Shown here piece by piece: positions 26,801-38,800 of a DNA stretch of 64,000 nucleotides. This DNA is from Bispira polyomma (taxonomy: Eukaryota). Where the stretch lies: positions 44,268,001 through 44,332,000 of the forward strand of contig OZ287751.1 of the NCBI GenBank assembly GCA_965649765.1, given 5' to 3'. Numbering within the stretch: position 1 is the stretch's first letter; each line of letters starts with the position of its first letter. The notes under the pieces are model-generated. The model was given only the letters and a program-made list of their open reading frames with translations. It was not told the origin of the DNA and ran no database searches. Made by a program: the position numbers and the translations under genes.

Positions 26801-29800
26801 CACAAATACACCAAGTTGACAGTATTATTACACAAATATACGTAGATGCCTCACAAAGTAGTTTAGGGGCTTACTGGGATAATTAAGTTTATTCAGTACA
26901 TATACCTCAGCAATATAAAGATAATTTCACTATCGTCCATTTTGAGATGGTCAATATAATTGTAGCTTTTAGGTTATGGGGGCCCACATGGGCCAACCAA
27001 AAAATATGCGTACATTGCGACAACTTGGCTGTAGTACACATCCTTAATAGGTTTAAATGTAAGGATTTGTTCCTTAATGCATGTGCACGCACACTATGGC
27101 TTATTCAAGCGACATACAATATTGAAATTTCAGTGCAGCACGTTAGAGGTATTGATAACACCTATGCTGATGTATTATCCAGATGGGATCACTTTAAATG
27201 AAAAGATAAACCTGACGTTGCGTATTTAAAAACGTGTACATTGCATGAAGTTGATCCAACATGGCTCATACCTAACTTCAATATTTAATTATTTGTAGGT
27301 CACCCACTGGTAACTGGCTTGCTTCGAGATGTCAATACACGGGTTTCAAAGGGCTTTAGGCCCCGCACTTCTGCAGCATACCAGGCAAAATTTAGGCTAT
27401 ACATAGCTTTATTAGTACATTTAAAAGTCACATCTTTGTTTCACCATAATTCAGTGTTGCTATTTTTAGAATTCATGGCACAACAGGGCCACAAGGTCTC
27501 AACGCTTACGGGATACATTACAGTATTAAAACACTTCTTTCAGATGTATGACCTCCCTACAGGTGCTTTGCACCACAAAAAAGTGGCTCTTGTCATCAAA
27601 TCAGTCTCAAACAATGCACCACTTGCATACAAGATTAAAGGTGTTTTCTCCCCTAAAACCCTACAGCAGTTAGTGGCCTTAATTTCTGGGTTTCCTGGGG
27701 CCAGCCATTACAAAGCCATCATTTTACTGGGATTTTTCGGGTTCTACAGGCTAGCCACACTAGTTCCCAATACAGCTGCCCAGTTCCAACCATCCCGGTT
27801 TCCAACTGAAAGGTATGTAGTATGGGGGTCGCCTGGGGCACATATACTTACCAAATGTGCAAAGAATATGCAAAAGTCTGGCCAAGTTCAGGTAGTGCAG
27901 ATTCCAAAGCTCCCGGGTTCCCCCATTTGCCCAGTTAAGGCGTTACAATACATTGTCCCAAAGCACACATTTAATAAAATTCCCTTGTTCAAATACTCAC
28001 ATAAAGGTTCAGTGGTTGTCATCACTTCCTACAAAGTAAGGAAAGTACTCACTTCCCTCCTGAAACGGCTTGGCCTGCCTCCAGCCGAATTGGGATTTCA
28101 TGCTCTCCGTCGGTCGGGAGCCTCATGGGCTTTCGACCATAATGTCGAATTGGAACACATTAAGGTCCATGGGGGCTGGCGGTCTGACGCAATTTGGCGT
28201 TACCTCATTAAAACTCCCACAGCAGCGGGTCAGGTGGCAACTACTTTTACTCAACATCTTTCACACACACACTGATACTCCTACTCTTTGGGATTGGTGG
28301 TTTCAGTACATGCATATATATAACTTATATAACAACAATACTGTAAATAGTTTAAGTAGTAGAATAACTAACAAAAGTAGTCGGTAAACCTTAACGCTAG
28401 GGTCATCTATAAACAACAACCGGGGTGACCTCAACTTAAGCTTAAGATAACCCTAAATTCTAGTGTAAGGTCACCTTAAATCCATAGTTAGTGGCTGTTC
28501 ATAGGTTAACCTCAACTTAAGTTAAGGCCAACGTACATTAACAGTTAAGGTAACCATAAAGTCACAAGTAACAGCATAGGCTAGTGAAATCAGATGGTTA
28601 ACCTCAACTCAAGTTAAGGCCAGCATAGGTTAGCAGGTAAAGGTCACCTTAAAGTCAAAAGTTAAGGCCTTAGCCGCAGTTTAAGGGGACCTTATGTTTA
28701 GTAGAGTAGTCTAACACATTTAAGTATATATGTATATTATATGTTGTGTATTTTAATAAAGCCCAAATGATGTAATGAATTTGTTTACTCTGTGTTCCAC
28801 TATATTTTCATTTGGATCACCTTGATCACTATCAGCACAGCTTGGGGGAAACTGTAAATTGAATGCGTGCGTTATGACCAGCATCAGGTGTCAGTTTCCC
28901 CTAGCTGTGTTAACTAAAACCACTCATTAGGCAAGCCATTGGCGCCAGAATTTCAGGCCAAAATTGTTTACCTGCCCAAGAATAAACAGTGTTGTCCTCA
29001 TTCTGGAAAAATCCTTGAAGGAACAACAACTTAAAATGGCCCGCCCACCCACTTCCAGAAGTAAGAGTGTAACGAGTTCAATAAGGGCAATATGTGTTTA
29101 TCAGTACAGTGCTGTTCCGAACTGGGATCTCCACGGCTGGGGCCTGGGCCTCAGGGCGTGTGGCGGTGGGTCCTGTCTCTCAACTTTCCCCTTAGCTGGT
29201 TGAATAGAAGCTCTGAGAGGCAGGACTCCCTGCTGCTAGGCGAATTGGTGCCGTGGACCCGGGGTCCCAGCCCCTGCTTGGGGGTTTTTGGTTCTGAATA
29301 GATTTAATAAGTGTGCGATGTAAAACCGGTCTTTACGAGACCTGCTCCTGTGAGCCCTCAGCCTTTATCAAGGCTCAGTCTTACATGACTGCTTACAATT
29401 TTTGTATTTTCTTTTTGTTAGTGAGCTATAAACACCACAGGTTTTAGGTTTTTAGTGTACATTTTATGTTTTAGCGTTAGTCCCTTTACAACTATAACTG
29501 AGCTTAGCATGTGGTTTCAGTACATACATATATATAACTTAACATACAACAATACTGTAAATAGTTTAAGTAGTAGAATAACTAACAAAAGTAGTCGGTA
29601 AACCTTAACGCTAGGGTCACCTATAAACAACAACCGGGGTGACCTCAACTTAAGCTTAAGATAACCCTAAATTCTAGTGTAAGGTAACCTTAAATCCATA
29701 GTTAGTGGCTGTTCATAGGTTAACCTCAACTTAAGTTAAGGCCAATGTACATTAACAGTTAAGGTAACCATAAAGTCACAAGTAACAGCATAGGCTAGTG

Positions 29801-32800
29801 AAATCAGACGGTTAACCTCAACTCAAGTTAAGGCCAGCATAGGTTAGCAGGTAAAGGTCACCTTAAAGTCAAAAGTTAAGGCCATAGCCGCAGTTTAAGG
29901 TGACCTTATGTTTAGTAGAGTAGTCTAACACATTTAAATATATATGTATATTATATGTTGTGTATTTTAATAAAGCCCAAATGATGTAATGAATTTGTTT
30001 ACTCTGTGTTCCACTATATTTTCATTTGGATCACCTTGATCACTATCAGCACAGCTTGGGGGAAACTGATAAATGAACCAATAGTTAGAAATTGTATTAT
30101 TATTCTCATATAAAAACATAACAGTTTCTGGGAAAATTTGTATTTGTTTGTAATCATACTCAGTATTCATAGCGCAGTAGGTATTCTAGGGATTTATAGC
30201 ACTAATTGACTGACCACGTACATACTGTCCATTCCCCTGACTAAAGACACAAGATTGGTGACCATTTATGAATGTCCCTAAGGTTTGTTTATCCTACGAC
30301 TAGGGATTGGATGCAATGATAGAGGACCCCCGTCATCCTAGCCACTATGTATCTGCCTGTACCTGAGGTTTCCCTGCTGGGTTTGAACCCAGGTCTTCTG
30401 TGTTCCTAAGCAAGTGTGTTACTCATTAGTTCACAGTGAGCCATAAAGCTCATATAAGCATGTTTGTGATGATTAAAGAATTCTAGCCAAAATATAAAAA
30501 TTTAAAAATCTGTGGAATTTTTCAAATTAATTTATATTTAGCATTCAAGTCACTGGTTATAATTCGTCTAGGTACATCCAAGCAGCAACCTCACCAAAAG
30601 ATGTGGTCATTCTGCTGGATGTTAGCGGCAGCATGACTGGCCTTAGGATGGAGATCGCCAAGGCAACAGTGGAGAAAATCCTGGACACCCTTAGTGACGA
30701 TGACTTCTTCAATGTTATGAATGTAAATTGTTAAATTTTGAGAGCTATATTTTAGTGCCACACAAAGAGTATATCATTAATAAGCCACTGTTAGAGCTAT
30801 ATTTTAGTGCCACACAAAGAGTATATCATTAATAAGCCACTGTTAGAGCTATATTTTAGTGGTTCGCAAAGAGTAAATCATTAATAAGCCATTGTTAGAG
30901 CTATATTTTAGTGCCACACAAAGAGTAAATCATTAATAAGCCATTGTTGGAGCTATATTTTAGTGGCTCGCAAAGAGAAAATCATTAATAAGCCACTGTT
31001 AGAGCTATATTTTAGTGGCTCGCAAAGAGTAAATCGTTAATAAGCAACTGTTAGAGCTATATTTTAGTGCCACACAAAGAGTAAGAGTAAGTCATTGATA
31101 AGCCACTGTTAGAGCTATATTTTAGTGGCTCGCAAAGAGTAAATCATTGATAAGCAACTGTTAGACCCATATTTTAGTGCCACACAAAGAGTAAATCATT
31201 AATAAGCCATTGTTAGAGCTATATTTTAGTACCACACAAGGAGTAAATCATTAATAAGCCACTGTTAGAGCTATATTTTAGTGGCTCGCAAAGAATAAAT
31301 CATTGATAAGCAACTGTTAGACCCATATTTTAGTGCCACACAAAGAGTAAATCATTAATAAGCCATTGTTAGAGCTATATTTTAGTACCACACAAGGAGT
31401 AAATCATTAATAAGCCACTGTTAGAGCTATATTTTAGTACCACATAAAGAGTAAATCATTGATAAGCCACTGTTAGAGCTATATTTTAGTGCCACTGAAT
31501 AGGCTTAACCTTTTTCTACACAACATGGCAGTTGAAGATGAATTAAAATTTGTATTGTTTGGCCTGTCTGTGAAGCTCATGCTCCCTGTATTGCAGTCCC
31601 AGTTTGTCATTATTGTTTTCGTTTTACTTCTCAGTTTTCCTCCAATGCACGCTATGTAGATGAATGTTTCAATGGCTCCCTGGTACAGGCTAATGCTGAT
31701 AATAAAAAGGTAGGTTAAAAACAAACAAAAATAACAACAACTATACTACAGCACATATATTAGAATTAGATTATTACTTCTCTCTAAAGTCTATATGATC
31801 AAGAGGGTAGTTTAATTTTATTAGAAATACCCATAGTCAATTTATTAGAAAAAACTCCTAGTCATTGCTATGAATCAATTTCCTGAAGGTAGGACAAGTA
31901 AATTAACATTGGTCTGCGAATCAGCCACACATTGATAATGATTGCTGAAAAATGGCTGAAATTGTATTGTATTGTATTATGGATTTTGATATTATATTGA
32001 TGCAATGTATCTTCTAAATCAGCAATATCAAAATATGTGGGTGTTGCAGTAAAATGTGCAGTAAAATGTACTATGCTGTGCTAAAATAATGCTGCATTAA
32101 AGTTCAATCTGAAGAGATTTTGCAAAAAAAAAATGGTAAGCCTATTGGTATTTGGTTTAATGGCTGTAAATCACATCAGTATTTTGATAACATTAGCACA
32201 CTTGTCTCACATGTTGTTCTTTGCCTGTGTTCTGCTATTTATAATAGAGAATTTCCGAGGCTCTGAAGGACATGGCTACAGAAAACATTGCCAGATTTCC
32301 TGAAGCCCTCACTGAAGCCTTTGAACTGCTGAAAATGGTAAATTGTGTCAACACTGACACTTCACTTCATTGTTCATTGAATTTCTTAAGAATTGTACAG
32401 TAGTAATAATATTTTATTTCGGTGACAAGTGTATATCATACATATAACAGTTTAGATACAGGTTTGTAAAAGACAAACAAAGAAAGAACACCCAACCATT
32501 ATGGCTTATTAGTCACCGTCAAAAATCAATACAGTGTTAAACTTTGGTGAAACAAAATAGAATATAATTACAAAAGTGGTTAAATTAGTGGAAATTTCAT
32601 CCAGCTAAAATTTCTGCTTAGTATATAGCATATAAGTTTATCAGAATATCACACTTGGAACTGGGCATTTGTGATAAAATCATTTGTAAATCATCAAATA
32701 TACTGATAAATAGATGAAACTATTGAAATAATGTCAACAAAGTAAACTACATGTAACTGTAATGCATGTAATCTGTAAGACAGAAATTTCTCTCTGACTT

Positions 32801-35800
32801 ACCAGTGTTTTTGATGTCTACCATTCTAGGTAAATGAGAGTGGTAAAGGTGCCCAGTGTAACAGAGCCATCATGCTGATCACTGATGGGGCTCCAGAGAC
32901 ATACTATGAAATCTTCAGTAAATACAACTGGACTGACAATAATGTAAGTGGCCTTTACATTGTTTTTGTGGATTTTTAATGTCACCTTTATTGATTTGCA
33001 GGCATCATTTAAAGTATTACATCAGAATTGATACTCCTTCATTCATAATCATAATATTTAGCTAATTGGTCGTCTACAGTGGGCCATGGCGTGTTCACAT
33101 CTTGCCCAAAGATGTCATCACCCAATGACTATTATGTTGCTACCAGAGATCGAACCAGCAACCTTCTCATCACTAGACCAAATCCCTTATCACTAAGCAA
33201 TGGGAGACCACACAACAGTGTGACATGTTATAATTAGTATTCAAATCGCTGTAATTTCCTGGATGCTTTGTTATATTGTAGATAACATTGGTTATGATAT
33301 GGTATTATAGATTTTTAATGCGTCTAATTGATGACAGGCATTATCTAAAGCGCAACATTATTGACAGAGTTGTTAAATTCGTAGTTCATTTCCAATGCAA
33401 ATTTGTCATCAGGGAGGCGATGTGGAAGAGAAAGATGGAGGGTAAGCGAGGGTGAAAAGATGGGTCGTTAAGGTTGCTTCTAAAACCAGAGAGGTTTCCT
33501 GAGATCTTATATTGGCTGGTAAAATTATTTCATAAGGTTGGTGCTGCATCAGAGAAGGCATAGAATCCAATCGGTTTACTGGTACTGGTATCAGAGACTA
33601 AAATTTTGTTGGCCTGGTAAGCCTTCTGAAAGACAGCAATGAGGCAAGATATTGGGGCTGACCAAGATGTACAGCTTTGTATGTAGTAACTCTTTGTATG
33701 AACAGATTTTGTATGGAAATCAGGCCTAGTATTTTGTAAAAAACTAAAGCAGCTCCACTCACACTCAACACAAATGACACTGTACATTGAAATTACCTAT
33801 ACCTGTAATCATTCATTTTAATAGAACTTTTAGCACCGATTTCAAATATATGGTCAGATTTGGCCTACCTCTACTCTAGCCAGACATAGGTGCACTTTAA
33901 TTTTGAGCTTGAGTTCTAAGATGTTTAGGGAATACAGCCCCCTGATTGACAGAGAGAAGGACAATGAGAAATGAGAAATTATTCTATTCCTTGTTCTATT
34001 GTTTGAGACTATTAAGTAAGGTTACAGGCCTAAATACAATACACAGAGGTCATGCTTCTGCTCAGATACTATTTATCAATATCCCCCAGATGCTGTTGTC
34101 TGTCACTGGGGATATAGGACTTGATAATGGTGGCAATATTCTCCAAAAGCCTCAAGCTCAACTTAGACCTAAGCTCTATAATGTAAGCTATAGCTATCTC
34201 TGACAAGAGGAAAGAAACAACAAATATGAAAGCATATTTGAATTCAGTGCTGAAAGCTCCTTTAAAATGATGGTTACAAGTAGAGGTCATTTCTATAGAC
34301 AAAGATTTCCATTTATCAGTCACTTGAGTGGAGCTTGAGTGTAAGCTTCAGTTTCTATGGCATTGATGAACCAAAAAATTACCCCGGATGAAACTTTTGT
34401 TGTCAAAATATACAAAACTATACACTCATTTCAAGTAGTTTAAATAATATCTTCTATTGCATTGGAAATTTCCAGCAATTGATTTTCCATTCATTCTCAG
34501 ACAGTATATGTTCATAAAACAGCAAATGTAGGTGGGACGTGAGAATTAAAACTACGAGCAAAAATGTTTTCTGAATAATGACAATGATAAGTAAGGAACG
34601 TTTTCCGAATAACAACGCAATTGATCAGTATCTCATTAACCAGTAAAACCAAGAGAAAAAAATGGACTCAGTCCAATATTTGTATTCTCCATCACCTGAA
34701 AATAACACTATATGAATAAGCAGGTTAGAGTTACAACTCGCTCTATGAGCACAAGTTTAAGTGTCACTGTAAAACCAGCTGTTAAGTGGAAGTGGTTCTC
34801 TTTTGTCTTTATTCTTTGTATAAACTAGGCTTTTTGTATTACTAGTACTCACTCATCTTGAAATTTAAGTAGTTGTACCCTTATTTGTTTCAAAATGCAG
34901 TCAGCTTTAGAAGATACAAACACCTTACAAATTCCTCTTCCAAGATTAGGGAGTGTCAATTTCAGTCTCCTGGGTATTTCAGGATATAGGTGTTGAATAA
35001 AACATCAGTAAGACAGTGTAAAGGGAAACTGTATTTGTGCTGTCTCTTGTTTAAATAAGAAGAAACTCATTTATTACAGCTGGTCTTCTTCTCAGTACTC
35101 TAAACTATCAATAACAGTAGAGAGTATATAGATAATTATAGAGTAAACAGTCCCCACCACCTCTAACAACCCTTCACTAATTCTGAAGCATATATATATT
35201 TTAATTTATTTTGATTGTTACAGATCAAGTGTCACATTATGTAGCAGATATTAGCCATGTTAGTTTAGTTTGAAAACTTAGAAACAATCAAGTCTTGGGC
35301 TTATTCTTAAATTTTTGTCTCAAACAACTTCATTTGCTTAACATTTTACTTAAAAGAATCTAATTGATTGAAAGAATGACAATTCTAAGAATTGTAATGT
35401 TAGCATGTTTATGATTTTGGCTCCTGGACACTTTATACAAGGTAATCAAATCATCAGCACCCAGTTTTTATTTGCCTCATGGCTCTTGTGTTTTATACAA
35501 TTCTCTCGCTGGCATGTATGAATAATGTACTGCAATCGTCTTTTTACTGCCCCTTCACTTTGAAATTTTATCCAGAAATTTGAACCCCAAAAAATCACTT
35601 TTACAACAAGATGCACTGAATTAATTTGTGTCAGCGATGAAGAATGATATTAAGGGGTGGATTGTTGTGGAAAATGAACCGCAAACTGGAGGCTTAATAC
35701 CTTGATTATCTTCAATTTTCTGATTTGTAGAAGTGCGTTTGGCCAGCTTCAATACATATTCTCCGTTTAATGTGATATCTTTCTGTTGGCCATCGTTGTT

Positions 35801-38800
35801 TATTTTCCAAATCGTAGTAAAATAGCTAGTTTTGAGTTGAGCTTGAAGAGCTACAGAAACATATTTAGGCCAGGTCTCCAAACTGACAGAGAGTTTTAGT
35901 GGAAAGAGTGTTTTCAAATAATAAAAAATACCATGCACAATTAATGTACCAAGACTTGTCATGCAAGTGCATTACTCTGAGTAGAAGAAAAATTACAAAA
36001 AGAAAAGAGATTGAAAACCCCCCCTATATATAACCTGGCTTTTCTCAGTACTAAAATCTAACTGTGAGTCCACTGATACTGAATGCTTTCAAAGGAGGAA
36101 GGTAAAAGGGAGAAAATAGAATTCTTTATGTTATAATGGGTTGCGTGCAGTTCAGAACAGACCATTTTTTAAATGCCTGATAGCCAGCGAAAATTGAGAA
36201 CCAATAGTAGTCTTGTCAAGGCTTATATAATTTAACCAAATATGGACGTCTAATGAGCCTTGATCAATAAATCATAATGTGACAGAAAATTGTGGCGATA
36301 GAATGATTTGGGGCTGACAGAGAATATACAGCTAAATATGAAAAAGACAGTCTTAGTACTTGAAAGTTCTTTCTGAGGAAGTTAAGTCATGTAACTTGTG
36401 TGGCCTCCTGTGGTTTAGCAACTGGTCTGGTGATTAGAAGGTGTCCAGTTTGACTCTCGCTAACTTCATAATGGTTACTATGTTAGCTTAAAATAAATGG
36501 GCAAGATGTGAACATGGCATTGCCAACTGGGGATGACAATAGGTCTCTACATCTCTGGGGCCGTATTCACAAAAGATCTTAGTCTTAGCTAAAGATGTTG
36601 GTCTTTGATTATGGTAGAAAACTTTATGATTTTGGTCTTAGTCGTAGTGATAGAAAGAAAAGATACGTTTGCTCTAAACACTGAGACCAACAGTAGGCAG
36701 TCTTACATATTTTACACATAAATAATAAGCTTAAGACTAAGTTAAGATTAAGACCTTTTGTAAATACGATGACGCCTGGGTAGAATGGCAGTGAGAAAAT
36801 TCTGGCTTTTTATCCAGTTTTTATATATCTTCTTTATATACAAATGAAAACATAAAAGACCCGCAAGATCCAACCCTTTACGAGCTCCGATATCAGAAAT
36901 AGACGGTTTGTTTTCCCTGGTGAGCCATTAGATTAGAAACATACATATCAAACAAGAAAAGTCTGCTTACATTGTAGTAACTCGTGTGCTTTGTGTCTCC
37001 AAACATGACTTCATCTTATCATTTGCCTTATCATTTGTCTTAGTATCGCTCTTTATATATAAAAAAAGCAATTGCAATAACAGCATTTCTTGTTTTGTGA
37101 CAAAATTTACTTTTTCATTTGCAGTGAAGTGATTTTGTTTTTTTTGGCACTACAAATAAAAATATAATAGCCCATGGTTTCAGTTCAAGTATGTCAAGCA
37201 CAAAACTCTGGGATCCCTGATGTACCACAAAAACTGGGCTAGTGTTATTAGTGTAACTATAGTCATTACTAATTAGGGAGGAAAATGCTTGGCCTATCTT
37301 TTATAAAAATCTCAACTCAAACTTAAATCTAAAGTCTCTGTTAGATCTCTATCTAAACTGATCTCTAACTGAACTGATCTCTATCTGAACTGATCTCTAT
37401 CTAAACTGATCTCTAACTGAACTGATCTCTAATTGAACTGATCTCTAACTGAACTGATCTCTATCTAAACTGATCTCTATCTAAACTGATCTCTATCTAA
37501 ACTGATCTCTGATCTCTATCTAAACTGATCTCTATCTAAACCGATGATCTCTATCTGAACTGATCTCTAACTGAACTGATCTCTATCTGAACTGATCTCT
37601 AACTGAACTGATCTCTATCTAAACTGATCTCTAACTGAACTGATCTCTAACTGAACTGATCTCTAATTGAACTGATCTCTAACTGAACTGATCTCTATCT
37701 AAACTGATCTCTATCTAAACTGATCTCTAACTGAACTGATCTCTAATTGAACTGATCTCTAACTGAACTGATCTCTATCTAAACTGATCTCTATCTAAAC
37801 TGATCTCTAACTGAACTGATCTCTAATTGAACTGATCTCTAATTGAACTGATCTCTATCTAAACTGATCTCTATCTAAACTGATCTCAAACTGAACTGAT
37901 CTCTATCTGAACTGATCTCTAACTGAACTGATCTCTAATTGAACTGATCTCTAACTGAACTGATCTCTATCTAAACTGATCTCTAACTGAACTGATATCT
38001 AATTGAACTGATCTCTAACTGAACTGATCTCTAACTGAACTGATCTCTATCTAAACTGATCTCTAACTGAACTGAATTGATCTCTATCTGAACTGATCTC
38101 TATCTAAACTGATCTCTATCTGAAATGATCTCTAACTGAACTGATCTCTAACTGAACTGATCTCTATCTGAACTGATCTCTATCTAAACTGATCTCTATC
38201 TAAACTGATCTCTAACTGAACTGATCTCTAACTGAACTGATGCAAAGTCAAATCTGACTGCATATTTGAATTCAGTGTGGACAACTCTTCTAAAATGAAT
38301 AGTTACAAGTACATGTTATTTCCATGTCGAGGTACTTCCACATAGCCTCCAGTTGAGTTTAGTCGGAGTTTTATGATGAGTTTCTTTGGAGAATAACAGG
38401 TCCCTGCTTCAACTCCAACTAAACTCAAATCTCTGGCCTCTAGATCTTAGTCTGCAAAAAACATAGATCAAATCAGAATTCTTATTTGAATTCAGTGTTG
38501 AAAGCTCTTTTTAAAATGTATGGTTCAAAAGTATAGGCTACTTTCAAGACCTTAGTTTTAGTGTAATTTTACTTAAGTTAAAGGTGGAGTTTGTGTTTTT
38601 TTTACGGTGAGAATATCGGTGCCGTGATACTGTGTGATATTTATTATTTCATTTAGAGCACCGGAGTCAGTAATTACTGTGGGTAGTAAATAGCTTTTTG
38701 TTACACCTGTCATCTAGTGTAAGGTGATTACATTACCTACTCCTGTTTGGCTGGGTAATTAGGGAGGTAAAAATAACATGTACTCTGCTGTGTCATTGGT

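Larger units (their letters stand above)
23144..30069 (+). mobile_element. Full-length Ngaro-type (DIRS order) tyrosine-recombinase retrotransposon with split direct repeats A1-ORFs-B1-A2-spacer-B2
   Basis: A1 23144-23320 matches A2 28855-29031; B1 28297-28854 matches B2 29511-30068; encodes gag-like, RT-RNaseH and YR regions; no methyltransferase domain after RNaseH. Confidence 0.95.
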
